Assembly (NCBI GenBank): GCA_965224245.1
Contig: OZ245046.1
Span: 4,384,001 to 4,448,000 of the forward strand
Reading direction: 5' to 3'
DNA length: 64,000 nucleotides
Source: Candidatus Eiseniibacteriota bacterium
Lineage (GTDB): Bacteria; Eisenbacteria; RBG-16-71-46; CAZAMP01
This document shows positions 1-9,898 of this stretch, piece after piece. The position numbers were made by a program, and so were the translations under genes. Positions within the stretch are counted from its first letter, which is position 1, and each line of letters opens with the position of its first letter. The notes under the pieces are model-generated. The model saw only the letters and a list, made by a program, of their open reading frames with translations, was not told the origin of the DNA and searched no databases.

Positions 1-972
1 GAACGACGAGCACCACAGCACGCGGCCGGTCGTGTCGAACGCCTTGACCGCTTTCGGACGGGTTCCCTCGAACGAGAGGTCGCCGTTGATGTCGTCCTCG
101 ATCAGGGGCACGTCGTACCGGACGAGCAGGTCCGCGAGCGCGCGCTTCGCGTCGTCCGGCATGCGGTGCCCGAGCGGGTTTCCGAAGTTCGGGACGAGCG
201 CGCACGCGCGCACGTGCCCGCCCGCGAGGGCCGCCTCGAGCTCGCTGAGGCAGATCCCGTCGCGCGGGTGGGTCGCGATCTCGAGCGCCTTGAGCTGAAG
301 CAGCTCCATCGCCTCCAGGAGTCCGTAGTACGTCGGCGACTCGATCGCGACCGTGTCGCCCGGACGGGTGACCGCGCGCAGGCACAGATGCAGCGCCATC
401 TGGCAGCCCGCGGTGGCGACGACGTCGGTGGGCGCGAGCGAGCATCCCGCCTCCAGAGCCCGCCGCGCGATCTCCTTGCGAAACGTGTCGGCCCCGGAGA
501 CCGGTCCGTACCGCGCGGCGGTATCCGGGTTCTCCCGCGCCACCCGGGCGACCAGCCGGCCGAGGCGGGTTGCCGGGAAGAATCGAGAGCTCCCGGTTGC
601 CGCGCCGAGGGGAACGATGCCCGGCTGGTTGGCCTCGCGCACGATGCGCAGGATGAGGTCGCCGATCGCGAGCTCGGTGGGGGCGGCCCCCTCGGTCCGC
701 CGGGGCTCGGCCGGTAGCTGGCGCCGGGGACGCACGTAGTAGCCGGACTGCGGCCGTGCCTCGACCACGCCGCGGTCCTCGAGGACGCGGTACGCCTCGA
801 GCACGGTCGACACGCTGACCGACAGCTGGGTGCTGAGCTTCCGGATCGACGGAATGCGATCGCCGGGCTGCAACGTACCGGCCGCGACGAGTCCCTCGAT
901 CCGCGCGGCCACGCGCCGGTACAGCGGCTCCCGCTCCCGCGTCGGTGGCTCGGGTGGTGTCGTCTGGGCCAT
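1..972 (-). CDS. MocR/GabR-family (GntR HTH + PLP aminotransferase-like) transcriptional regulator, 3' end truncated by window edge
   Basis: Manual translation from ATG 972: MAQTTPPEP...LYRRVAARIEGLVAAGTLQPGDRIPSIRKLSTQLSVSVSTVLEAYRVLEDRGVVEARPQSGYYV (GntR wHTH), then VAIESPTYYG, NFGNPLG and IEDDING (aminotransferase motifs). Missing from the ORF track because no stop codon lies in the window. Confidence 0.9.
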   Translation of the reverse strand, partial: MAQTTPPEPPTREREPLYRRVAARIEGLVAAGTLQPGDRIPSIRKLSTQLSVSVSTVLEAYRVLEDRGVVEARPQSGYYVRPRRQLPAEPRRTEGAAPTELAIGDLILRIVREANQPGIVPLGAATGSSRFFPATRLGRLVARVARENPDTAARYGPVSGADTFRKEIARRALEAGCSLAPTDVVATAGCQMALHLCLRAVTRPGDTVAIESPTYYGLLEAMELLQLKALEIATHPRDGICLSELEAALAGGHVRACALVPNFGNPLGHRMPDDAKRALADLLVRYDVPLIEDDINGDLSFEGTRPKAVKAFDTTGRVLWCSSF

Positions 973-1031
973 GGGGCGCCTCCGGGGTCCCGATTCGACT
1001 CCTCGAACCGTATCGACGGGCCGCGTCCGGC

Positions 1032-1118
1032 ACCAGACACAGGTCACGGCCGACTCGAGGATAACAGTTTCCGTAGACCGAATTGTTAGGGGCTCAATTT
1101 ATCACAACTGCATCTGGT
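1032..1118. promoter_or_regulatory. Putative MocR operator (imperfect inverted repeat) between divergent regulator and EamA
   Basis: ACCAGACACAGGT (1032-1044) versus the reverse complement of AACTGCATCTGGT (1106-1118) matches at 10/13; partial copy ACAGTT at 1064-1069; AT-rich island. Confidence 0.5.
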
Positions 1119-1200
1119 TGGCTCCCGGCAGTTGCGCGATCATCCGGCGCGTCGACTCCGAGGGACGAGGCACCCGCTTCTCCAACGCGCGAGACGTCGC

Positions 1201-2301
1201 ATGAGCCGGTTCGGGTCACATCGACTGCAGCTGATCGCCGCCTTTGCCGCGGTGTACCTGATCTGGGGCTCGACGTACCTGGCCATCCGGGTCGGGATCG
1301 AGTCTCTGCCGCCATTCGTCATGGCGGGCTTCCGGTTCCTCCTGGCCGGGGCGATCCTCCTGGCCTGGGAGCGGCATCGGGGCACGCCCCTGCCCACGCG
1401 ATCCGAGTGGCGAAACGCGGCGCTCGTGGGAGGCCTGCTGCTCGTCGGCGGCAACGGCATCGTGACCTGGGCCGAGCTGCGCGTCCCGTCCGGACTGGCG
1501 GCCGTGCTCGTGGCCGCCGTCCCGATCTGCGTCGTCGTGCTGGATCGCGTCTTCTTCGGTGGACCGCGCCTGACGGCTCGCGTGGGCGCCGGGCTCGTGC
1601 TGGGCATGGCCGGCGTCGTGATGCTGGTCAAGCCCGATGCCGAGGGCGTCCGAGCGGTGGATCCCATCGGCGCCGTCGCGATTCTCCTCGCCGCGCTCTT
1701 CTGGGCGCTCGGATCGCTGCGCTCGCGCGGCGGGGGGCTTCCGCCCGCGCCGTCGATGTCGACGGCCGCCCAGATGCTGGCAGGCGGCGCGCTGAACGTG
1801 TTCGCGGGAACCCTGCTCGGTGAGTGGGCGCGACTCGACGTCGCGGCGATCGGCGGGCGGTCGGTGATCGCGTTCGGGTACCTGGTCACGCTCGGGTCGA
1901 TCGTCGCGTTCCGCGCCTACATCTGGCTGCTCCGCGCAACACGGCCGGCGGCGGTCGCCACCTACGCCTTCGTCAACCCGGTGGTGGCCTTGGTGCTGGG
2001 GTGGGCCCTCGGACACGAGCATCTCACCGCGAACGCGATGCTCGCCAGCGGTCTGATCGTGGCAGCGGTGCTGGCTCTCCAGCTGACGCGCGCGGCGACC
2101 CTCCCGCATCGTCGTCGCCGGCCCGTGCCGGCGGCCACGCCTCCTGTGGTCGCGATGCCCCCACACGACGGACGCCCGGCGGAGGATGTCCCCCACCGGG
2201 CGTCGCCGTCAGTCTCGGCGACCGAGGTCGCCGCGGCCTATCGGATCAACCTCGCGAGCGACACCTCGCGCTGCCCACCGGCCTCCACGACCACCGAGTA
2301 G
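1201..2301 (+). CDS. EamA/DMT-family transporter (YedA-like)
   Basis: AVYLIWGSTYLAIRVG, FRFLLAG, YAFVNPVVA motifs; about 10 TM segments; divergent from MocR regulator. Confidence 0.92.
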   Translation: MSRFGSHRLQLIAAFAAVYLIWGSTYLAIRVGIESLPPFVMAGFRFLLAGAILLAWERHRGTPLPTRSEWRNAALVGGLLLVGGNGIVTWAELRVPSGLAAVLVAAVPICVVVLDRVFFGGPRLTARVGAGLVLGMAGVVMLVKPDAEGVRAVDPIGAVAILLAALFWALGSLRSRGGGLPPAPSMSTAAQMLAGGALNVFAGTLLGEWARLDVAAIGGRSVIAFGYLVTLGSIVAFRAYIWLLRATRPAAVATYAFVNPVVALVLGWALGHEHLTANAMLASGLIVAAVLALQLTRAATLPHRRRRPVPAATPPVVAMPPHDGRPAEDVPHRASPSVSATEVAAAYRINLASDTSRCPPASTTTE

Positions 2302-3467
2302 ACACCGCTGGCGAGCCGGCTGCCGTCGAGCGGAATCTCGTACGTGCCGCCGGTGCGGGTCTCGTCGAGCAGCGTGCTGATGCGACGACCGACGAGGTCG
2401 TACACCGTCACGCGGACGTGCGACTCGGCGGCCAGCTCGAAGCGCACTGTCGCCGACGGGTTGAACGGGTTCGGGGCGACCCGTGCGTGGAGGATCGTGC
2501 CCGCCGCGATCTGCGGCAACGCCTCGCGCCACTCGGGCGTGATCACGTCGCCGGCCATCCGGCCGAGGCTCGGCCGGTACAGCGCGACCTGTGCGTTCAT
2601 CCGCGTGGCCTGATCGGACGTGAAGTGGTCCATGCAGGCGTCGTCCGTGTAGTCCATGAAGTTGAAGATGGGATCCAGTCCCGCGCTCGGACACGTGTCG
2701 CGACCGATCGGGCAGCCGAAGGCCGCCGAGGCCTCGTACGGCGTGTCGTCGATGTAGTCGCCCGGGGCCGAGCAGCCCCCCTGGAACGTGTGATAGAGCC
2801 CGAGATAGTGACCGACCTCGTGCGTGGCCGTGTCGCCCTCGTCGTACGGCACGGCGCCACCGCCGGGAAGCGACGACCAGAGCAGCACGCATCCGTGCCA
2901 GTAGCTGTCCTCGGGGAAGTCCGACGGGAAGTACGCCCATCCGAGGAGATTCTGACCCGGCTCGCAGGTGTAGATGTTCAGGTTGTTGGCCGGATCGATG
3001 GCCAGCGCCTGCTTCATCTGCTGCTCCTTGCGACCCCCGGGCGTCATCGAGAACCACCTCTTGCTATCGGTGCGGTCGATCGACGCCAGCGTGAACGAGA
3101 AGCCCGTGCCGGCGTAGGCGGCGTTCAGCACCGAGATCTGGTCGTTGATCATCGACGTTGGGACGTTGCCGACGTCGCTGCCCCGATGACGCTTGTAGAT
3201 GACGTGGAACCGAACCGGGATGCTGACCGCCGCGCGATCGGTGCTCCCATGCTGGGCGATCCACTGGTCGATCTGGAGCCGCTGTGCATCGGACAGCTGA
3301 CCGTCGGCGGTGCCGCAGCGGACGCCGTCGACGAGCTGACCATCGGATCCCTGGAACGTGATGTCGGGGGTGACGCCGAGCTCGACGTCGATGGCGAGGG
3401 TGGGTGCCGTCACGACGAGCGACGCGACGACGATCGATAGAAACGGACGAATTGCACGCTGCACCAT
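2238..3467 (-). CDS. Secreted zinc metalloprotease, M43 (pappalysin/ulilysin) family, with C-terminal T9SS/FlgD-like sorting domain
   Basis: Signal peptide; HEVGHYLGLYHTF zinc motif; NFMDYTDD Met-turn; tail PNPFNPSATVRF...VYDLVGRRI...LASGVY. Confidence 0.92.
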   Translation of the reverse strand: MVQRAIRPFLSIVVASLVVTAPTLAIDVELGVTPDITFQGSDGQLVDGVRCGTADGQLSDAQRLQIDQWIAQHGSTDRAAVSIPVRFHVIYKRHRGSDVGNVPTSMINDQISVLNAAYAGTGFSFTLASIDRTDSKRWFSMTPGGRKEQQMKQALAIDPANNLNIYTCEPGQNLLGWAYFPSDFPEDSYWHGCVLLWSSLPGGGAVPYDEGDTATHEVGHYLGLYHTFQGGCSAPGDYIDDTPYEASAAFGCPIGRDTCPSAGLDPIFNFMDYTDDACMDHFTSDQATRMNAQVALYRPSLGRMAGDVITPEWREALPQIAAGTILHARVAPNPFNPSATVRFELAAESHVRVTVYDLVGRRISTLLDETRTGGTYEIPLDGSRLASGVYSVVVEAGGQREVSLARLIR

Positions 3468-3735
3468 GTGCCCTCCAGCGTGGAAGATCGGCGACGCGTG
3501 CCGGCAAGGGGTTGGTTGCCTCGAATCCTGCGGGCAAGCCGACGTGTTCGCCGATCATGTCCCAACCCCGGCGAGATTGTCGCGGCGATGGGCCGGGCTG
3601 ACAAGCGCCGACTCGTCCCGATCCGATCCCGCGCGGCGACGGTGGCCGGAATGGAACCCGCGTTCGGCTCGACGCCGGGAGATCGATCGACACGACCGGC
3701 GAGCGGCCGCCACACGGCTGAGGTAGGATGGATCG

Positions 3736-6120
3736 ATGCGATCTCTTGCCTGTCGGCTGGCGTGGGCCGGCCTGATGGCGTGGTGCATGACCACGACGCC
3801 GCGCGCCGGTGAGGTGCCCGAGGGCTATCTCGGCCTCCGCCTGCGCGACATCCCCGGTGACCACACGATCGTGAGCTGGATCCTGCCCGGTCCGCTCGAC
3901 GGTGAAGGCATCACCTCGCCGGAGCTCTGCCGTCCCGATCTCGTCGTCGCGGTGGACGGGACGCCCATGAACGCCGACGCGTTCGATGCGTACGTGTCGT
4001 CGCGGCCACCCGGCTCGACGGTGGAGATCACCTGGCGCCGCTCGAACGCCCGGGGCGGGGCGATCCCGACCGAGCTCGATCACGAGACCGAGCGACGCAC
4101 CTCCACGTTCACGGTCGTCGCACGCGACGAGTGGACCGGCACCATCGGGCGCTCCGAACGCGTTCCGGCCCTGGCGCTCGGCGCCGAGCGCCTCCTGGAT
4201 CCCCGGGACGCCGCGTCCCCGCTCGGCGGGGCGATCGCCGAAGCGGACCTCGGCGCGCCCGTCGACACGCTCGTCGGCGTACTCCGCGCGCGGGCGGCCC
4301 GCGATGCCGACGTGAACGGACTCATCCGCGTGTGGGCCGGGTTCGACGCGCCGTTCCGACTGCCGGAGATCCAGTCGCGCGTGGTGGCCGCCGCGGTCGA
4401 GGCGATCGACGACACCCTCGACGTGCGACCGATCGATCTCGCCCTGCGCCTGGCCGCCGAGAACCTCGACACGGCCCAGCCGGCTCCACGCCCGGGACGC
4501 GGCGACGGAAACCCATCTCCCACCGTCGGAACGGACGCGACACGCGCAATCGCCAGCGCCCCCGACGCGGCGTGCCGGGACCTCGCTCGCGCGATGGACG
4601 CGAGCGACGCCCGCGTCGCCACGGCTCTCGGCGCGATGGCCGGCGACGAGACCTTCGCCGGGGACGTGCTCGCGTTTCTCGGCGTGCCCGGCGAGACGTT
4701 CTACATCGCGGGTGCGGATGCCAAGCCCCACATCGACGTGATCCGGCGCTCGATGGACGTCGACTTCGATGCGCTCGTGGCTGCGCTCGCCTCGCTCGCC
4801 GATCCGATCGGACCGGACACCCGCTCGGCCGGAACCGGCGGTGCCGCGGTCGACGCGGTGGCCGGCTCGGAGGTGGTCATCGACACCGCCGGCGTGGCGG
4901 TTCCCGACGCGCTCGCGGATGCCGTTGACGGCGTGCTCCTGGCCGCCATCGAGCGCGGGAACGGCACGTGGGTGGTCGTGGGCGGCCCGAGCGCGAATCG
5001 CTACGACCTCTGCCGCGTCGCCGGCGTGATCGACCTCGGTGGAGACGATCGCTACGAGGCCTCGGGAACGCGGCTCGGGAGCCGCGTGGTCCACGACCTC
5101 GGGGGGGACGACCTCTACGGCGGCTCGGCCACACAAGGGCCGGCCTCGGCGCTGCTCGGCGTCTCGCTCGTGGACGATCGAGCCGGCGACGACCGCTACG
5201 AGGGCGAGCGGCTCTCGGCGGCGGCCGCCGCGTTCGGCGTATCGGTGCTCGTGGACCGGGCCGGCCACGACGAGTACGTCGGCACGGACTGGTCGATCGG
5301 CGCGGCCTGCTACGGCGCGGGAATCCTGATCGATCTGGCCGGCCAGGACGTGTACCGCTCGGTGTTTCTCTCGCAGGGAGCCGGGGGTCCACGGGGTCTC
5401 GGGATGATCGTCGACGCGGCGGGGCGCGACCTCTATCGCGCGAACGGCCCCATGCCTTCGGCGTACGGGACGCCCGCGGTGTACCAGTCGTTCAGCCAGG
5501 CCATCGGCTTCGGCTACCGGAGCTACGCGGCGGGCGGCATCGGCGCGATCTGTGATCTCGATGGAGACGACCGGTACGAGGCCGGCGAGTTCGCCCAGGG
5601 TGGTGCGTACTACTACGGCCTCGGCGTGCTCTACGACCGGCGGGGCCGGGACCTCTACTACGGAAACCGATACGGACAGGGCTTCGGCGTCCATCAGGCG
5701 ATCGGTGCGCTCGTGGACGACGCGGGAGACGACACCTACTGGTCGATGACGGCGGCGAGCCAGGGCGCGGCCTGGGACATGGGCGTGGGGCTCCTTCTCG
5801 ACCGGGCGGGAGACGACACGTACCAGTGCGATGGGCTGGGACAGGGCGGTGCGGCGCACCAGGCCATCGCGATGCTCGTCGACCTCGCGGGTACCGATCG
5901 CTACTCCGCGCGCGGCGGCGCCACGCAGGGCCAGTCCGGACAGGATCACTACCACTACGACGTGACCGGCGTGTACTCGTTCAGCCTGCTTCTGGACACC
6001 GGGGGAACGATCGACACGTACTCGCGCGCGCGCCCCCAGGATGCGGTGACCCCGACCGGCGAGCTCGACGGCGACAGACCGGCCAGCGCGAGCCTTCACG
6101 GACTCGTCGTGGATCGGTGA
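3736..6120 (+). CDS. Secreted protein with N-terminal PDZ-like region and about 12 DxxGxDxY repeats
   Basis: GYLGLRL...VVAVDGTPM...VEITWRR (PDZ-like); repeats such as DLGGDDRY, DRAGDDRY, DLAGQDVY, DDAGDDTY. Confidence 0.75.
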   Translation: MRSLACRLAWAGLMAWCMTTTPRAGEVPEGYLGLRLRDIPGDHTIVSWILPGPLDGEGITSPELCRPDLVVAVDGTPMNADAFDAYVSSRPPGSTVEITWRRSNARGGAIPTELDHETERRTSTFTVVARDEWTGTIGRSERVPALALGAERLLDPRDAASPLGGAIAEADLGAPVDTLVGVLRARAARDADVNGLIRVWAGFDAPFRLPEIQSRVVAAAVEAIDDTLDVRPIDLALRLAAENLDTAQPAPRPGRGDGNPSPTVGTDATRAIASAPDAACRDLARAMDASDARVATALGAMAGDETFAGDVLAFLGVPGETFYIAGADAKPHIDVIRRSMDVDFDALVAALASLADPIGPDTRSAGTGGAAVDAVAGSEVVIDTAGVAVPDALADAVDGVLLAAIERGNGTWVVVGGPSANRYDLCRVAGVIDLGGDDRYEASGTRLGSRVVHDLGGDDLYGGSATQGPASALLGVSLVDDRAGDDRYEGERLSAAAAAFGVSVLVDRAGHDEYVGTDWSIGAACYGAGILIDLAGQDVYRSVFLSQGAGGPRGLGMIVDAAGRDLYRANGPMPSAYGTPAVYQSFSQAIGFGYRSYAAGGIGAICDLDGDDRYEAGEFAQGGAYYYGLGVLYDRRGRDLYYGNRYGQGFGVHQAIGALVDDAGDDTYWSMTAASQGAAWDMGVGLLLDRAGDDTYQCDGLGQGGAAHQAIAMLVDLAGTDRYSARGGATQGQSGQDHYHYDVTGVYSFSLLLDTGGTIDTYSRARPQDAVTPTGELDGDRPASASLHGLVVDR

Positions 6121-6282
6121 TGCGGACGGCCCGATGGGCAACCTTTGCCGCGCGGGTTCGTACCTGATCGGGTCAGCCCCCCAACCCAGCCCATCCGTAT
6201 GTCCGGTCGGCAGGATTGTATGCAGTGGCCGTGTGCGCGGGCCGGTGCACGCGACGAGACCTGAACCCGAAAGGGGTCGTGC

Positions 6283-8655
6283 GTGAAGAATCAGCCGCTC
6301 CCTCGTCCGGCGTCCCCGGGAGTGCCGCTCTTTCGTGCGGAAGCCGGCACGGGAGCCTCGTGCGCTCGGCGCCTCGCCGGCATCCTCGCCGTCGTGAGCG
6401 GTTCCCTGAGCCTCGCCGGCGTGGCCGCCGCCCAGCCGGACGGGGACTTCGAGCCGCAGTGGAAGCCCCACCTCGACGTCACCAAACGCAGCGGCTCGAT
6501 CCGGATCGACGGCGACCTCGGTGACGCCGGGTGGCGCACCGCGGCCCGGGCCTCCGGCTTCGCCGAGGTCAATCCCGGGGATCAGGTGCAGCCCGACGTC
6601 GAGTCGGAGGCCTGGATCACCTATGACGCCCAGACGCTCTACGTCGCGCTGATCGCGTACGACGATCCGAGCGAGGTGCGCGCGTCGTTTCGCGAGCGGG
6701 ACGCGATCTTCCGGGACGACTACTTCGGCGTGATGCTCGACACCTACGGCGACTTCTCGTGGGGCTACGAGCTGTTCGTGAATCCGCTGGGGATCCAGGG
6801 GGATCTCCGCATGCTCTCGGACGGCAACGAGGACATGACGTTCGACATCGTGTTCGACTCGGTGGGCAAGGTGACCGAGACGGGGTACCAGGTCGAGCTC
6901 GCAATTCCCTTCGCCAGCCTGCGCTTTCCGGAGCGTGCCGAGCACGTGTGGAACCTCAACTTCTGGCGTGACCGGCAGCGCGAGATCCGGCGGCGGTACG
7001 CGTGGGCCGCGATCGATCGCGACGACTCGTGCTTCATGTGCAACTTCGGCACGCTGCACGGCATCGAGGGCATCGCGCCCGCGAGCAACATGGACGTGAT
7101 CGTCAGTGCGCTCGGCACGCAGGCCGGGGCGCTCGAGGACCGCGACGATCCGACCTCACGGTTCGACAACCAGAATGCCGACTTCGACGCGTCGTTGAGC
7201 CTGCGCTACGGCGTCACGTCGAGCTCGTCGGCCGAGCTGACGCTGAACCCCGACTTCAGCCAGATCGAGTCGGATGCGGGCCAGATCGACGTCAACACGA
7301 CGTTCGCGCTCTCGTTTCCCGAGCGCCGGCCGTTCTTCCAGGAGGGCTCGGACCTCTACCAGACGTGGATCTCGACGATCTACACCCGCTCCATCAACAA
7401 TCCCGACGTGGCCGGCAAGGTGACCGGTCAGACCGGCAGCACGAGCTATCTGTACTTCGTCGCCCGCGACGACAACGCGGGGCTGATCGTCCCCGGCGAG
7501 GAGGGGAGCGACTTCTACGAGGCCGACAACGCCGTCTCGAACATCGCCCGCGTCCGGCAGGCCTACGGGACGGGCTCGTTCGTCGGCGCGCTCGGCACCG
7601 ACCGGCGCATGACCGGCGACCTCGAGGGATCGGGCTCGGTGGTCAGCGTGGACGGGCGGCATCGCTTCGACGACAAGTGGCAGATCGAGTACCAGCTGGC
7701 GGGGAGTCACGTCGACGAGCCGGATCTCCACGAGGCCGAGACCGACCCCACGTTCGTGGCCACACCGATCGATCGGGACGGCCACACCCGCGAGCTGGAC
7801 GGGGAGTCGTTCACGGGACACGCGCTCTACACGAGCCTCGAGCGCAACGGCCGGACGTGGAGCCACGACATCGACTACTGGGAGTACAGCCCCCGCTTTC
7901 GCACCGACAACGGCTTCACGACGCGCGTCAACTACCGCGTGGTCTCGATCAACGAGCAGCTCTGGTTCCGGCCGAACGGGCGCATCCTTCAGGGATGGGG
8001 CCCGTGGATGAACGTCGGCCGGGAGTGGAACTACAACACCGACCTGTTCGAGGACGAGTGGTTCCGGATCGGGGCCAGCGCGAACCTGACCGGACAGTCG
8101 AACCTGTGGTCCAACGTGCTCTGGAGCAACGAGCGCTTCGGGGGCCGCGTCCACGAGGGAATCCGGGCCGTGCTCGTGGGCGCCGAGACGCAGCCGTCCG
8201 AGACCTTCTCGATCGGATCCGAGCACCGCTTCGGAAGGCTGATCGGCCGGACCGACGACCCGTTCCTGGGCGACTCCTATACCGCGAGCGTCTGGGGCAC
8301 GTGGAAGCCCTCGTCACGACTGGTGATCGCACCCAGCTGGAACTACGGCGAGCTCGGGTTCGCGTCGCGCGAGGGCAAGCTCTTCGCCGGATACATCCTC
8401 CGGACCCGGGCCACGTACCAGTTCTCGCGCGAGCTCTCGGCACGTTTCGTGACCCAGTACAACAGCTTCGCGGAGCGGCTGGACCTCGAGCCGCTGGTCA
8501 CCTACCGCGTGAACCCGTTCACGGTGTTCTTCGTCGGCGCGACCAGCAATCACCGGCACTACACCGAGGACGCGTTCGATGCCGTGGACCGCTCGGAGTG
8601 GGAGATGACCGATCGCCAGTTCTTCGCGAAGGTGCAGTACCTGTTCCGGCGCTGA
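6283..8655 (+). CDS. CBM9-like/DUF5916 outer-membrane protein
   Basis: IRIDGDLGDAGW, ELAIPFASLRF, LNPDFSQIESDAGQ, FPERRPFFQEG motifs; C-terminal beta-signal-like KVQYLFRR. Confidence 0.85.
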   Translation: MKNQPLPRPASPGVPLFRAEAGTGASCARRLAGILAVVSGSLSLAGVAAAQPDGDFEPQWKPHLDVTKRSGSIRIDGDLGDAGWRTAARASGFAEVNPGDQVQPDVESEAWITYDAQTLYVALIAYDDPSEVRASFRERDAIFRDDYFGVMLDTYGDFSWGYELFVNPLGIQGDLRMLSDGNEDMTFDIVFDSVGKVTETGYQVELAIPFASLRFPERAEHVWNLNFWRDRQREIRRRYAWAAIDRDDSCFMCNFGTLHGIEGIAPASNMDVIVSALGTQAGALEDRDDPTSRFDNQNADFDASLSLRYGVTSSSSAELTLNPDFSQIESDAGQIDVNTTFALSFPERRPFFQEGSDLYQTWISTIYTRSINNPDVAGKVTGQTGSTSYLYFVARDDNAGLIVPGEEGSDFYEADNAVSNIARVRQAYGTGSFVGALGTDRRMTGDLEGSGSVVSVDGRHRFDDKWQIEYQLAGSHVDEPDLHEAETDPTFVATPIDRDGHTRELDGESFTGHALYTSLERNGRTWSHDIDYWEYSPRFRTDNGFTTRVNYRVVSINEQLWFRPNGRILQGWGPWMNVGREWNYNTDLFEDEWFRIGASANLTGQSNLWSNVLWSNERFGGRVHEGIRAVLVGAETQPSETFSIGSEHRFGRLIGRTDDPFLGDSYTASVWGTWKPSSRLVIAPSWNYGELGFASREGKLFAGYILRTRATYQFSRELSARFVTQYNSFAERLDLEPLVTYRVNPFTVFFVGATSNHRHYTEDAFDAVDRSEWEMTDRQFFAKVQYLFRR

Positions 8656-8724
8656 GCGGTCGATCCCGACCCGTGCGGAGGAGAGCCGGTGACGTGGTGT
8701 GAGGCATGAGCTAGACTCGGTCGC

Positions 8725-9264
8725 ATGTCGACTCCACTCGAGCGCCGTCACGACGCCACGCTGAGGTTCCTCACCACCCACGTGCCCTCGTCGGCCCGGA
8801 TCCTCGACCTCGGCGCGGACAATCCGTTCGCGGCCCGAATGAGAGCGGCGGGCTACACGGTGTTCAACACCGACGGCGACCTGGACCTCGTGCCGTCGGC
8901 TGCCGCCCGCGACGACGTCGACGTGGTCACCGCGTTCGAGATCCTCGAGCACCTGGTGGCGCCGTTCAACGTCCTGAGCTCGATTCGCACCGGCCGGCTG
9001 GTCGCCTCGATTCCGATGCGGCTCTGGTTCGCGTCCGCCTATCGAAACCCGCGCGATCGGTGGGACCAGCACTTCCACGAGTTCGAGGTCTGGCAGTTCG
9101 ACTGGTTGCTGGAGAAGACGGGCTGGCGCATCGACGCCTCGGAGAAGTGGACGAGCGTCGCGGGCGGAATCGGCTTCCGCCCCTTCCTCAGGCGCATCGT
9201 GCCCCGCTACTACGCGGTGGTTGCCACGCGTACGTCCCCACCGCGCGTGGTCACGGTGGACTGA
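8725..9264 (+). CDS. Class I SAM-dependent methyltransferase
   Basis: ILDLG motif I; DVVTAFEILEHL. Confidence 0.8.
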   Translation: MSTPLERRHDATLRFLTTHVPSSARILDLGADNPFAARMRAAGYTVFNTDGDLDLVPSAAARDDVDVVTAFEILEHLVAPFNVLSSIRTGRLVASIPMRLWFASAYRNPRDRWDQHFHEFEVWQFDWLLEKTGWRIDASEKWTSVAGGIGFRPFLRRIVPRYYAVVATRTSPPRVVTVD

Positions 9265-9316
9265 GGGCACGGACCCCCGGCCTTCGGCAACCGCAGTGGA
9301 TCGCCGCGGCGTCGCT

Positions 9317-9814
9317 CTACAGCTTCGAGAGCGCCGCGTCGTAGTCCGGCTCCTGACCGATCGCCGGCACCTGCTCGGTGTGAATCACCGTCCCGTCGGG
9401 ATCGATCACGACGACCGCACGGGACATCAGGCCCTTCCACGGACCGTCGACCATGATCACGCCGTAGCGCTCGCCGAACTCCGGATGGCGAAACGTGGAC
9501 AGGCTGACCACGCCGTCGATCCCCTCGGCGGCGCAGAACTGCTTGTGCGCGAACGGCAGATCGGCCGAGACGCACAGCACGACCGTATCGTCGTGTCCGG
9601 CCGCGCGCTCGTTGAACTGGCGAACGCTGTTCTGGCACACGCCGGTGCCGAGGCTCGGGAAGACGTTCATCAGGATGTTCTTGTCCGAGAAGTCGGACAT
9701 CGAGACGTCCGCGAGGTCGGTGCCGGTCAGCGTGAAGTCGGGGGCCGCGCTCTCCACGCGTGGAAGATCCCCGAAGGTGTTGACCGGAATGTCCCTGAAG
9801 AGAATCCGCGCCAT
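9317..9814 (-). CDS. tpx: Thiol peroxidase (atypical 2-Cys peroxiredoxin)
   Basis: APDFTL, FPSLGTGVC, SADLPFAHKQFCAAEGI, EPDYDAAL. Confidence 0.95.
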   Translation of the reverse strand: MARILFRDIPVNTFGDLPRVESAAPDFTLTGTDLADVSMSDFSDKNILMNVFPSLGTGVCQNSVRQFNERAAGHDDTVVLCVSADLPFAHKQFCAAEGIDGVVSLSTFRHPEFGERYGVIMVDGPWKGLMSRAVVVIDPDGTVIHTEQVPAIGQEPDYDAALSKL

Positions 9815-9898
9815 GGCTTTCGTCTCCTGTCGATCGACGTGCGTAGCCCGGACCGGGCATCGTCGGTGTGGATCGTTGCGAGTTGCGAGCCCGGAATG

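Noticed and set aside
3064-7059. 1331-aa minus-strand ORF, and similar long ORFs such as 55738-59100, 10837-13296 and 24464-27136
   Set aside because: Antisense or alternate-frame shadows of well-supported genes; Arg/Gly/His-rich with no motifs, as expected in very GC-rich DNA.
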